From: a virus
Lineage: Duplodnaviria > Caudoviricetes
Length of the DNA: 53,334 nt
Direction: 5' to 3' (one strand)
IMG/VR virus record: IMGVR_UViG_3300010399_000010
Location: 1-53,334 of that record
Shown: one piece after another, positions 37,351 through 46,400 of the stretch
Position numbering within the stretch: position 1 is the first letter of the stretch
How the letters are laid out: every line of letters starts with the position of its first letter
Notes under the pieces: generated by a model
What the model saw: the letters and a program-made list of their open reading frames with translations, nothing else
What the model was told of the DNA's origin: nothing
Database searches by the model: none
Made by a program: the position numbers and the translations under genes

Positions 37351-37544
37351 GGTTCCTCCTTTGTTTCTTCGCCCGTATGCGCCCGCACGGCCCGCACCAG
37401 CGCCCCATATTCCGCAGCCGTAAAGAAGCGCTTCTTCGTCGTGCGCTCCTTCTCGTCCCCTAGCCAACGACCGAGGCCGGCAGAACCGAGGATCTCCCAG
37501 GCGTGCGCGGCACGGGTGAGCTGCTCATCGGAAAAGAGCGCCAT
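37335..37544 (-). CDS. Hypothetical protein
   Basis: Fills an operon gap. Confidence 0.5.
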   Translation of the reverse strand: MALFSDEQLTRAAHAWEILGSAGLGRWLGDEKERTTKKRFFTAAEYGALVRAVRAHTGEETKEEPCTTS

Positions 37545-37545
37545 G

Positions 37546-37899
37546 TCAGGCCGCCAGCGCCAGGGGATACCCCGGCACCTGCACCGCTGGCATCCGCCTC
37601 GGTGGTGCTTCCTCAACCTCTGAGAGTCCAGCAACCTGAAGCAGCAGCCGCGCGTAGGCCAGGTCGCGTTCGGCCCGTTCAGCGGCCCGCTCGCTGCCGT
37701 ACATGATCGTCGTGTGATCGCGCCCAGACATATAGCGCCCGATCTCCACGGTCCCATAACTGTGTTCGCGTGCGGCCCACATCAAAGCCTGGCGGGCCAT
37801 GGTCAGGCGTGCTGATCTGCCGCGTTTGCCGAGTAACTCCTCTTCGCTGTAGCCGAAGACGAGCGCGGCGCGGGCAAGGAGCGTGTCAAAGCTGGTCAT
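37546..37899 (-). CDS. DnaA C-terminal-like HTH protein
   Basis: ARQALMW...EIGRYMSGRDHTTIMYG, the DnaA domain IV signature. Confidence 0.88.
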   Translation of the reverse strand: MTSFDTLLARAALVFGYSEEELLGKRGRSARLTMARQALMWAAREHSYGTVEIGRYMSGRDHTTIMYGSERAAERAERDLAYARLLLQVAGLSEVEEAPPRRMPAVQVPGYPLALAA

Positions 37900-38989
37900 C
37901 GGTATCCTCTTCTCTGCCGCGCAATTTGCGCATTTCGGCCCGGTAGCTGGTCGCGACGATCGAAACGATCCGCGCCAGCTCGTCTATCCGATCCGCGACT
38001 CGGAACTCGATCCGCTCACGCGCGACGTTACTCGTGAAGATGGTCGCGAGTTGCTGGTCATAGCGGTGCTGGACCAGTTCCAGCAGCATGGACGTGTTGT
38101 AATCGGTGCGCTGCTCCGTGCCCAGATCGTCCAGCACGAGGACCGGCACCTCCATCAGCGCCCGCACGCGCGCGGCAGCCGTGCCGTCGTCGAAGCCGTC
38201 CTTGATGAAGCGGAGTTGCGCCGGCACCCGCGCATAGATCACCTTGATGTGCCGGCGCGCCAGCGCGCCGGCGATCGCCGCCGTTAGATGGCTTTTCCCC
38301 GTCCCTGGCGTGCCGAAAAACGCCAGCCAGCGACGCGGCGCCTCAGCATACTCACACGCCGCCACATAGGCGCGCCGGATCTGGGCGCGCTGCTCTGGGA
38401 TCGCACAGCCGTGGGCTATCTCGCTGATGGGCCTATCCAGATCGAAATTGTCAAATGTACAGCGCACGAGTTGCGGTCCCAACTCCGCCTCCAGTCCTGC
38501 GAGCAACGCCGATCGGTGCGACTCGGTTCGCCCGGCTTGCTCCTCCAACTTGCACCGGCACGGGAAGAGCTTGCCAAAGTGCGGATGGCCGTAGGACACC
38601 GCCTCTTTGTAGTACCCCGCGCCACCACAGAGACAGCACCTCGGTAGCGCTGGCGGCGCGTCTTCCTCTTGCCCAAACTCCGCCATCCGCCGGAGGATCG
38701 CATCCCGAAACACATTACCAACCGCCCCATCGCCCATCTGGCCCGACCATGGCGGCAACGTCTGGGTGGTTGTGGGCAGCAGAGCTATCCCATCCGCCAG
38801 CGGCGTAGTATTCGGCGCCAGCAACGGGCGCCACCCCGCCGGACCTTCGCGGCCGGCCTGTGCCCGCAGTTCGGCCAGTTCCCGATCGCGCGCTGTATCC
38901 GCCTCGGCTGCCGCCTGCGCTCGCAGCAGTTCGGCCTGCTGGCGATTCATCCCCGCTTCCTCGATATATTCCTGAAGATCGTGTTCCAT
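37886..38989 (-). CDS. DnaC/IstB-like AAA+ helicase loader (start uncertain)
   Basis: CxxC...CxC zinc site, GTPGTGKSHL, VLVLDDLG, TSN, RVADR. Confidence 0.92.
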   Translation of the reverse strand: MEHDLQEYIEEAGMNRQQAELLRAQAAAEADTARDRELAELRAQAGREGPAGWRPLLAPNTTPLADGIALLPTTTQTLPPWSGQMGDGAVGNVFRDAILRRMAEFGQEEDAPPALPRCCLCGGAGYYKEAVSYGHPHFGKLFPCRCKLEEQAGRTESHRSALLAGLEAELGPQLVRCTFDNFDLDRPISEIAHGCAIPEQRAQIRRAYVAACEYAEAPRRWLAFFGTPGTGKSHLTAAIAGALARRHIKVIYARVPAQLRFIKDGFDDGTAAARVRALMEVPVLVLDDLGTEQRTDYNTSMLLELVQHRYDQQLATIFTSNVARERIEFRVADRIDELARIVSIVATSYRAEMRKLRGREEDTDDQL

Positions 38990-39644
38990 CTTCTAGCTCC
39001 TCAATCAAACGTCCCCCGTGACGCCAGATCCCAAACACCAGGGCGTTGCCATGGGCAGCCCGACCATCCGCTACCCGCCGCTGGCCAAACTCCAATGCCC
39101 GCGCCAGTTCGGCGGGCGTTCGGTCGGGGCAGATCCGCACGATGTCCTGGGCCAGGGGGGGGTGGGCATGGGCTGCAATCAGCGCCCGGTAGAGGTCGTT
39201 TTCCGTTTCAGCTTCAGCATACGAATCGCGCGCGCGCGCATGCTGCTCTTGCTGCTGCTTATATAAATAATCATGTACCATAGCGGGGGTGTCAGGGATC
39301 ATCTGCTGATCCTTGTTTGGAGCCTCAACAGTGCTCGTGATCGGATCATCTGCTGATCCGATCACTGAGGGATGGGCGATATCCTCTTGATCGGGCAGCG
39401 GTAGCAGCGTGAGGAGATACCCGCCCTTGCCGCCGTTCAGTGCGTCGTCCCAGGTGCGCTCCAAAAACCCATGCTCAACCAGGATCGGCATGGCCCGGCT
39501 GACCGCGCCCTCGCTGAGATTGCCCGCCTTTGCGATCTCGGCGTGGCTCATAATGCCTAGCTCACCGATCTGGAGCGTGGCATGCAAGACATCCAATACC
39601 CGGCCGGCGGCCAGCGGCAGCACAAAGGTTGCGGGGTGATTCAT
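38715..39644 (-). CDS. Replication initiator (N-terminal wHTH)
   Basis: MSHAEIAKAGNLSEGAVSRAMPILVEHGFL; upstream of the loader gene. Confidence 0.72.
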   Translation of the reverse strand: MNHPATFVLPLAAGRVLDVLHATLQIGELGIMSHAEIAKAGNLSEGAVSRAMPILVEHGFLERTWDDALNGGKGGYLLTLLPLPDQEDIAHPSVIGSADDPITSTVEAPNKDQQMIPDTPAMVHDYLYKQQQEQHARARDSYAEAETENDLYRALIAAHAHPPLAQDIVRICPDRTPAELARALEFGQRRVADGRAAHGNALVFGIWRHGGRLIEELEDGTRSSGIYRGSGDESPAGRTAASAGGSRGGYSARSGTGRTAGTGRPRRSGGVAPVAGAEYYAAGGWDSSAAHNHPDVAAMVGPDGRWGGW

Positions 39645-39907
39645 CGCGTCCCCCCGTTTTTCCTATTCACGATCACCCGTAACACCCGGATCGTGTACCC
39701 CCGCCCGATCGGCTCGCGCTCAATCTCGCGCCGCTCCTCGAGCTGCTGCATGAGCGTCGGGATGCGGCCAGGCGAGCAGCCGATCGCGGCGGCCAGCGCG
39801 CGGTGACTGACCTGGATGGAGTGCGCGCCGTCGCTGGAGCGGGCATACAATTCCGTCCTGAGACGGAAGATCGCGGCTGGGACTGTGGTATACTGTGCTT
39901 CCACCAT
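39641..39907 (-). CDS. Winged-HTH protein
   Basis: VSHRALAAAIGCSPGRIPTLMQQLEERREI; GGAGG RBS. Confidence 0.75.
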   Translation of the reverse strand: MVEAQYTTVPAAIFRLRTELYARSSDGAHSIQVSHRALAAAIGCSPGRIPTLMQQLEERREIEREPIGRGYTIRVLRVIVNRKNGGTR

Positions 39908-39969
39908 TGTTATCCTCCAATGTGTGTACAGGCGGTTGCGGTCGGGCGGTAAGGCCCCGACCGCGCCAT

Positions 39970-40215
39970 TTATTTTATGATGGTCAAATCGTCCTGGTGA
40001 TAGATCACATCGATGGACGGTAGCCACCGCCCACCTGCGACGAACGGCTGGAGCTGCACAGCCACGCGCTTCTCCGGTTCGTGGTGGCCGTTTGGCGCGT
40101 GGGGAGAGAGCCGCAGCACCACGCCGTGCTTGCCGGTCATCGTAAGAACATGCGTTCCTGGTTTCGGCGTGGGGCTATCCTCGGTCAGGCTGCCCCATGT
40201 AACGTCGCTTGACAT
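39970..40215 (-). CDS. Small SH3/KOW-like protein
   Basis: PGTHV...GKHGVVL...Y..DDL; AGGAGG RBS. Confidence 0.55.
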   Translation of the reverse strand: MSSDVTWGSLTEDSPTPKPGTHVLTMTGKHGVVLRLSPHAPNGHHEPEKRVAVQLQPFVAGGRWLPSIDVIYHQDDLTIIK

Positions 40216-40322
40216 GATTGGTGTTCCCTCCTATACTGTCAGGAGAAGCGCTGCCGCGTTTGGACCCCGACCAGCGCCCCGTTCCGTGAAGTCCCCGGCT
40301 TGTCGCTGGGGGCTTCGTTTTG
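40209..40322 (+). ncRNA. Putative antisense sRNA with its promoter and terminator
   Basis: TTGACA(40209)-17-TATACT(40232), followed by the hairpin GAAGTCCCCGGC/GCTGGGGGCTTC and GTTTT. Confidence 0.55.
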
Positions 40323-40505
40323 CGCGATCACGTCGTGGAAGATCAACCCCCTCTTTTCGCACCTCCTTCTCGCGGGTGCCTCGCCCCCGGCCCGCGCGGT
40401 TGAACCCCCTCGGAAAAGAGGATGCAACCGCCCATGCCGGCTCTTGCGAGCAGCCGTCTGAGACGTGGTATCGTTTTGGTTCGGGGGAAGGGGCCAGGCC
40501 TCAAC

Positions 40506-40709
40506 CGTTGCCGCGACCGTTGCCACGGGAAACGACAACAAGCGAAGGGGAACGACGAGCGGCGGCGCGGAGATCGTGCTATACTGCGGTGCGCGTCCCC
40601 TGACGATGGGGAACGAAACGCAGTCCGTTATAATGACAATAGCGCACTCCGCGTTGTTTTCCCCATTCTGTTGCGGCCCCCTTCCCCGATCGTTGCCGAA
40701 AACGTTGCC
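40506..40709. other. attP: attP: core 40622-40648 flanked by paired arm sites
   Basis: AGTCCGTTAT-AATGACA-ATAGCGCACT inverted repeat; CGTTGCC pairs at 40506/40518 and 40691/40703; adjacent to the int 3' end. Confidence 0.75.
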
Positions 40710-40735
40710 GCCCGATTCAAAACCGTGTAAAACCC

Positions 40736-41845
40736 CTACCCCTGGCGGCGCTTTTGATAGATCCCCTCCAGCTCGCTACTCGCTTCCGCCACCCGATCCG
40801 GTAGCGCATGCGCGTAGATCGTCGCGGTCGTCTGGGGGCTGGCATGCCGAAGGACCCCGGCGACGGTCCCGATGTCACGCCCACTCGCCAGAAGCGTTGT
40901 GGCGGCCGTGTGGCGGCAGTCGTGGAGCCGCGCCGCATTGATCCCGGCAGCCTGCGCGATCTGGCGGAAGGCCCGATAGATCGTGCTGGCGGGGCAAACC
41001 CCGCCGGTCCTGACCGAGACGAAGATATACGGGCTCTCCGCCCAACCCATCGCGCGCCGCTCGACCGCCTGGGTGCGCTTGAGTAATTCCAGGCCAGCGA
41101 TCAGGCCAGGGCCAAGGGTCAGGACGCCTGTGCTGCCGGCCTTGGGCGTAATCTCCACCCAGCGGCCCTCAATCCGCTGGAGTTGCCTTTTGATCGCCAG
41201 GGTGCCCGCAACCGGGTCAAAATCCTCCCAGTGGAGCGCCGGGATCTCACCCCGCCGGAGCCCCAAGAGCGCCAGGTGGATGGCCAGCCCGTAGCGGTGG
41301 CCAGCGGCGGCGGCGGTGAGCGCTTGGACCTCATCCGGCGTGAGCGACCGGCCCGGCGTGCGTCCCACGGTCGGGATGCGCACCTTTGCGGCCGGGTTGA
41401 GGGCAATCTCGCGCTGTTCAACGGCCAGGTCCAGCGCCTGCACCAGGATCGATTTGAGTTGCCGCACGTGGGTGGGCGCGAGCTGGCGGGCGAACTCATC
41501 AAAGACGCGCTGGATCTGCCGGGCCTGGAGGCGGGAAACGCTCGTCCCGCCCAGGCGTGGCGCGAGCTGGTTTCTACAGGCGCCCCGGTAGGACCGCAAG
41601 GTGTTCGCCGCCCGGCCCTGCTGCGCGACGACCGCCAGCCAGTCGTCAAGCAGCTCACTGAGCAAGCGCGGCCGGCTGATGACATCCTCACCGCGGTCAT
41701 GCCGTGCCCGAATTTCCGCCGCCTTGCGCTCCACATCGCGCTTCTTCTGGCCCTCGACCCGCCGCCGGATGCGCTTCCCCGCCGGATCGACTCCCAGGTC
41801 GATCCACTCGCACCACCGCCCGTCCTTCGTCGGATGTGCCGCCAT
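40736..41845 (-). CDS. int: Tyrosine integrase
   Basis: GLRRGE (R), TPK (K), HDCRH, LRH, IYAH (Y); N-terminal arm-binding domain. Confidence 0.96.
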   Translation of the reverse strand: MAAHPTKDGRWCEWIDLGVDPAGKRIRRRVEGQKKRDVERKAAEIRARHDRGEDVISRPRLLSELLDDWLAVVAQQGRAANTLRSYRGACRNQLAPRLGGTSVSRLQARQIQRVFDEFARQLAPTHVRQLKSILVQALDLAVEQREIALNPAAKVRIPTVGRTPGRSLTPDEVQALTAAAAGHRYGLAIHLALLGLRRGEIPALHWEDFDPVAGTLAIKRQLQRIEGRWVEITPKAGSTGVLTLGPGLIAGLELLKRTQAVERRAMGWAESPYIFVSVRTGGVCPASTIYRAFRQIAQAAGINAARLHDCRHTAATTLLASGRDIGTVAGVLRHASPQTTATIYAHALPDRVAEASSELEGIYQKRRQG

Positions 41846-41847
41846 TG

Positions 41848-42081
41848 TTATCGCCTCTCATTTGTGCGCGCCTGCACGTCGCGGCGCGTCTGGGCCTCAA
41901 TATAGGCCAAGAGGCTGATCCACTCAATACGAACGGCTGTGCCGATCCGCAGCACCTTGATCTCGCCGCGGAGCATCGCGGCATAGTAGTGCTTGTAGAG
42001 CGTCGCCGGGTGGATACCCAGGCGCGACGCCGCGTCACGTGGGGAGAGGTAGGGCGGATCGGCTTGTGTGGGGGGTTCCAC
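41848..42081 (-). CDS. Excisionase-like HTH protein
   Basis: YLSPRDAASRLGIHPATLY...IGTAVRI; immediately upstream of int. Confidence 0.82.
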   Translation of the reverse strand: MEPPTQADPPYLSPRDAASRLGIHPATLYKHYYAAMLRGEIKVLRIGTAVRIEWISLLAYIEAQTRRDVQARTNERR

Positions 42082-42200
42082 AGCAGCGCTTCCTATTTAC
42101 GGTATAATGTCGTAATCACCGGAGTTTAGGCGAAAACGGGACGACCAGGGTACATGTCACCGCACCGTGCTGCGAGGCACGGCATGCATGCGGTCGTGTG

Positions 42201-42413
42201 TTAGGCGGCGATCTCAGCGGGAGCTTCGATGGTCGCGGGCGGGCGCGATGGGAGCGGTGTCATGTTCACTATCCCAAAATGCTTGCGGAAGATCCGGCGG
42301 GCAACCACCGACATGCTTTCGCCTTCAGCTTCGGCGGCCTGTCGCAGTTGCTCAATGATCTCCTCGTCAAGCACGAGTTGGATGGGCGGGCGTCTACCAG
42401 TTCGGACTTTCAT
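42201..42413 (-). CDS. Ribbon-helix-helix regulator in the Cro position
   Basis: IQLVLDEEIIEQLRQAAEAEGESMSVVARRIF; AAGGAG RBS. Confidence 0.8.
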   Translation of the reverse strand: MKVRTGRRPPIQLVLDEEIIEQLRQAAEAEGESMSVVARRIFRKHFGIVNMTPLPSRPPATIEAPAEIAA

Positions 42414-42439
42414 AGAGTGATACTCCTTTCGTGTATGGA

Positions 42440-42558
42440 ATAATACCACGTATGACAAACTTTCGTCAATAGGGTACGAACCATCTTGTTACTACACCGA
42501 GTGATTGTTGAAAGGTTATGCAATGGTTGTTGACAACGATCGCGAGATACACTACCAT
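42440..42558. promoter_or_regulatory. Divergent immunity promoters/operator
   Basis: Leftward TTGACG-18-TATTAT; rightward TTGACA(42530)-17-TACCAT; TGAC-N8-GTCA at 42453-42468. Confidence 0.68.
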
Positions 42559-42582
42559 GCGCCCAGGAGAGAAGGAGCGCGT

Positions 42583-43011
42583 ATGGCCGTGCCTCCGCAA
42601 GGGGATCTGCAATGGCAGGCCCTCGCGAATTTTATTAGCGCCAAATTAGCTGAAAAGGGCTGGAGCGACTCGCGCTTGGCGAAGGAATCCGGCGTGGGCG
42701 GCGCGACGGTTTCGCGCTTACTCAAGGCGCGCCCGCAACAGATCCAACTCCAGACCTTTGTGGCGTTGGCTGGAGCGCTGGAGGTCGAACTGTGGCGGCT
42801 CTTAGAGGTCGCCGGCTACCCGATCGAACAGCCTAGTCCGCCGGCGGAAACAGATCTGCGCTTTGCCCAGCAGCTCGCTCGGCAGCTCGATTCGTTTCCT
42901 GAGTTGCGTCCGATCGTGCGCCTGCTCTTTGATCTGGATGAGGCCGATCGCCGTGCGGTGACGGCGTTTCTGAATGCCCTGGCGACTCTGCGTGACGAGG
43001 ACCGGCAATAA
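42583..43011 (+). CDS. XRE-family immunity repressor
   Basis: WSDSRLAKESGVGGATVSRLL...LAGALEV; divergent from the RHH gene. Confidence 0.88.
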   Translation: MAVPPQGDLQWQALANFISAKLAEKGWSDSRLAKESGVGGATVSRLLKARPQQIQLQTFVALAGALEVELWRLLEVAGYPIEQPSPPAETDLRFAQQLARQLDSFPELRPIVRLLFDLDEADRRAVTAFLNALATLRDEDRQ

Positions 43012-43335
43012 AGGTGTCGATCCACCAGGCGACCGTGAAGAGTCGCCCAAAGCGACTGCGATCCATTGCGCACCTCTGGCTTGGCGGCGAACTCGTTTTC
43101 GCCGCGAGCGGGGCGGCGATGCGTCACGGCCTGGCGACGGCGGGGTCAGGTCGCATCGATCGAAGGATCGAGAGCATAGCATATCCGCCGCGTCGGAGTC
43201 AAGATCGTGATAAAAGGCGCGTGCCACTCCGATCGACCGTAGCATAGCACATCCGAGCGAAAACGGAAGGGGCGGATGTCGCCATTTTGTCGCCGCTTTG
43301 TCGCCAACAAGCGGTGACGATCCAAGGGGGCCGGA

Positions 43336-44091
43336 ATGCAACGAGCGGCAGCGACAATCGGGGTCCTGGTCGTACTGGTGTTGGCGGGCCGTGTGCTGGC
43401 TCAGGCGCCCGATTGCACGGTGAGCCGGTGCATCTATTTGCCACATATTCAGGCCAATGGCCCAACTGCAACTCCCACGGCGACACCAACCGTGACAAGC
43501 ACGGCAACGCGGACGGCAACCCCGACGCGGACGGCAACACCAACCGCAACGAATACCCCGATCCCAACGTTGCCAGCGGTCAAGAACGGCGACTTCGAGT
43601 TGGGCAGCAACGGCGATTGGAGTGGGTTTGGCAACACGGCGGTAATCGCGAACACTGGATTGGGGGTGACGCCCCGATCGGGCCAGTGGGTCGCGCGGTT
43701 GGGAGCACCGAATACGCTCAGTTCGCTTGGTCAATCGTTTGTATTGCCCGCTGGTCTGTCTGCATACATGCATTTTTACTATCAGATCCGCTCAAGTGAA
43801 CCGTGTGATTTCCTACCTGACTTCGTGCGGATCAGCGTGAATAGCACAGACGTGTACACCGGCTCGCTCTGCATTGCTTTCAACACGGCCAATTGGGGGT
43901 TGTTTACCCTTGATCTGAGCAGCTACGCGGGCCAAACGGTAGATATACAATTTGTTTCCCTGAACTACTCGTCACCAGCCGCGAGTAGCTTCTATATCGA
44001 CGATGTGTCACTTGATCCAACGCCGAGTTTCTCACGCCGCACGGGCGTTCCTGGCCGGCACGGCGCGAGATCGATAGATCCGAGTTGTTAA
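43336..44091 (+). CDS. Secreted protein: signal peptide, YLPHI motif, Thr/Pro linker, CBM-like beta-sandwich
   Basis: NGDFE...DLSSYAGQTV.IQF...FYIDDVSL. Confidence 0.8.
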   Translation: MQRAAATIGVLVVLVLAGRVLAQAPDCTVSRCIYLPHIQANGPTATPTATPTVTSTATRTATPTRTATPTATNTPIPTLPAVKNGDFELGSNGDWSGFGNTAVIANTGLGVTPRSGQWVARLGAPNTLSSLGQSFVLPAGLSAYMHFYYQIRSSEPCDFLPDFVRISVNSTDVYTGSLCIAFNTANWGLFTLDLSSYAGQTVDIQFVSLNYSSPAASSFYIDDVSLDPTPSFSRRTGVPGRHGARSIDPSC

Positions 44092-44263
44092 GGTCCTGAA
44101 AGAACAGCAACCAGCGGTCAGGGACCGCGCGTAGATTCAGAGATTACATCCTGGCTTGCGCCGGTTCCTCGAAGGATAGCAACGAAGAGGGATCGGTCAG
44201 GTCACGTGGGCGCTGGCGTTCTTGGTCGGATGGACAGCGCGCCACACACATAGACATCCCCAA

Positions 44264-44524
44264 TCACACAGGAGCCAGTTCACCAATGGCTGTGTGATTG
44301 GGGATGTCTATTTCGCTTTCAATTGTACCACCATCACCAACCTGGCGATCCGTGCTTGCCTTGATAAACGCCTCGATCGCGCTTCGCGTGATCCGGCGCT
44401 CGCCCCCGACATAGGTGTAACTTAGCTTGACCCCCCCAACGCCCCGCCCCATGTACTTATAGAGAGTCTGCCGGGCGACTCTCAAATACTCCGCAGCCTC
44501 TTCAACAGTGAACAGTTGTTCCAC
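44264..44524 (-). CDS. Second excisionase-type HTH regulator
   Basis: LFTVEEAAEYLRVARQTLYKY...GGERRI; GAGGAGG RBS. Confidence 0.85.
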   Translation of the reverse strand: MEQLFTVEEAAEYLRVARQTLYKYMGRGVGGVKLSYTYVGGERRITRSAIEAFIKASTDRQVGDGGTIESEIDIPNHTAIGELAPV

Positions 44525-44556
44525 GTTCGTGTACCTCCTCGTTAGCCAGTGACGCA

Positions 44557-44644
44557 AGTATACACACATATAGGAAAGTTGTCAAGTGTATTATCGTCTT
44601 TTTACGATAAAGCCCTTGACGACAAGAGTAGACAGATGTATAAT
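44557..44644. promoter_or_regulatory. Back-to-back strong promoters
   Basis: Minus strand TTGACA-17-TATACT (44557-44585); plus strand TTGACG-17-TATAAT (44616-44644). Confidence 0.85.
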
Positions 44645-44688
44645 ACATTCAACAGATAGAGACAGATAGAAAGAAACAGGCACCCGCA

Positions 44689-44904
44689 ATGACCCGCACA
44701 CCGCACTTCACCGGCAAGCACGGCACCCGCAACTACCGCCAATGGCTGATCGACGAGCCAAAGCGCGCCATCGCCCAGGCTCGGGCCGAAGCGAACGCGA
44801 GCCAGACGCTACTAGAGAACGCGCTGGAGCGGGCGGGTGAGCTGTTCGTGGCCGGGCGGTGGAGCGAGGCCAGGGCGATGCTGGCGCTGGCGATGGAAGG
44901 GTAG
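44689..44904 (+). CDS. Hypothetical early protein
   Basis: First ORF after the promoter. Confidence 0.6.
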   Translation: MTRTPHFTGKHGTRNYRQWLIDEPKRAIAQARAEANASQTLLENALERAGELFVAGRWSEARAMLALAMEG

Positions 44905-44914
44905 ACACGAAGGC

Positions 44915-45244
44915 ATGGCAACACCGAAGATCGACACCTATTTCGCGTCGCTCCATGGGACCGACACCCGCGCCGAAGAGAAGGCGCGGCATATCGGGAA
45001 TACACCGGAACTGCTGCATGAGTTATTCCTTGATACTTTGACGCTCTGCAAGGACAACATTCGAGCGGAGTTCAAAAAGGCGCGCTTCGACTTCGAGCGA
45101 CGGGCGCTGATCAGTAAGAACATGGCGATGTACTGGCGGTTGCGTGAGGACCCGGACAAACCGGAGAGCCTGCACAACCAGCAGACATCGCTCGGATTGA
45201 TTGTTTTCTACCGCGTCGCTGATGCGTGGAGTCGACACCGATAA
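44915..45244 (+). CDS. Hypothetical protein
   Basis: In operon. Confidence 0.55.
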   Translation: MATPKIDTYFASLHGTDTRAEEKARHIGNTPELLHELFLDTLTLCKDNIRAEFKKARFDFERRALISKNMAMYWRLREDPDKPESLHNQQTSLGLIVFYRVADAWSRHR

Positions 45245-45257
45245 AGGAGCCACCCCG

Positions 45258-45791
45258 ATGCAGACCACCCTCACGATCAACGAGCCGCGACTCCAGGCCA
45301 CGGTTATCACCGTCACCGCCGAGAGCCGCGCCGAGATCCTGCTCTACACCCCGCCGGGCGAACTGGCCAACACCTGGTACGCGCTCCTCGTGGACGGTCG
45401 GTATTACCACCTCATCATGTGGAAGCACACGATCGGGAGAGCGGAGACGATCGACTCGCTCGATCGGGTGCTGGTCCAGGTCCAGCGGGCCATCGCGGCA
45501 CTCCAGCCGCCGCCCATCCCGACGCTCCTACCGCAGCGTGACATCGTGCGCGACGCCGAAAGCGGCGACTACGCGATGTACCTGGATGGCGAGCTGGTCG
45601 GGTTCGCCCGCACCGCCCACGAGGGAGAGACGACGTTGGATGAGCTGATCTACAGCCGGCTGGCGCATCGCCCGCTCACCAAAGCGGAGACGCTCGCCGC
45701 CGATATGGTGGCACGCGACCCCGATCTGCACTTTGCCCAGGCGCTCGATCTGGCGCGGGCGAAGCTCGACACGACGATGGATGCGGCGTAA
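45258..45791 (+). CDS. Hypothetical protein
   Basis: AAGGAG RBS; DYAMYLDGELVGFART motif. Confidence 0.65.
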   Translation: MQTTLTINEPRLQATVITVTAESRAEILLYTPPGELANTWYALLVDGRYYHLIMWKHTIGRAETIDSLDRVLVQVQRAIAALQPPPIPTLLPQRDIVRDAESGDYAMYLDGELVGFARTAHEGETTLDELIYSRLAHRPLTKAETLAADMVARDPDLHFAQALDLARAKLDTTMDAA

Positions 45792-45797
45792 GTCAAA

Positions 45798-45814
45798 TCC
45801 GCCACTGTGGCGGA
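45798..45814. promoter_or_regulatory. 17-bp palindrome TCCGCCACTGTGGCGGA (copy 4 of 4)
   Basis: Intergenic, next to an RBS. Confidence 0.8.
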
Positions 45815-45830
45815 ATTGGAGGGACGAGCT

Positions 45831-46130
45831 ATGATTATCATTGAACTCACCGGCGGCAGCATTGTGCTGCGGAGCGAGGCCGGCCAGGTGATTCGCGTTC
45901 CCCTGGCCGAGGCCCCGCGCCTGATCGCCAAAGCCCTGGAGGCGCTCGGTGTCTCCGGCACGCGCTATCAGCAGGGATGGCGGGCGGGTCGGGCCGTGGG
46001 CTATCAGGACGGGCTGGCGCAAGGATACGCCCAGCGCGACAGGGAATATGTCATCAGTGCCGATCGGGCGCGGCAGCAGGCGCTTGACGAGGCGCTAGAG
46101 CTGCTCGCGGAGAAGGCCAAGGCGGCGTAG
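45831..46130 (+). CDS. Hypothetical protein with GxxxG repeats
   Basis: YQQGWRAGRAVGYQDG; GGAGG RBS. Confidence 0.6.
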   Translation: MIIIELTGGSIVLRSEAGQVIRVPLAEAPRLIAKALEALGVSGTRYQQGWRAGRAVGYQDGLAQGYAQRDREYVISADRARQQALDEALELLAEKAKAA

Positions 46131-46149
46131 AACAGCAAAGGAGACGATC

Positions 46150-46359
46150 ATGGACATTCCAACAATGTACGAAAAAGCGCGGAAACTACTTCTAGAGGAA
46201 CAGCCCGCGATCTACGCTCTGGGACCACAGCACCCAGACTACCAGAAGGCACTTATCGCGATCGTCGATCGCCTGACGCGCACCAACCAGGAGGCATGGG
46301 AAGCGGCGGACAGGCGACGCCTGGCCAGGAACCAGGAATCGGGAAACCAGGAAGTGTAA
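46150..46359 (+). CDS. Hypothetical protein
   Basis: AAGGAG RBS. Confidence 0.6.
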   Translation: MDIPTMYEKARKLLLEEQPAIYALGPQHPDYQKALIAIVDRLTRTNQEAWEAADRRRLARNQESGNQEV

Positions 46360-46400
46360 GATATCCCGGCCAACCGATCCTTATGAAAGTGAGCCCCACC

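Noticed and set aside
40620-40650. XerCD dif site
   Set aside because: It has a 7-bp spacer, no TTATGTTAAA arm, and flanking arm repeats beside the phage's own integrase, which favours attP.
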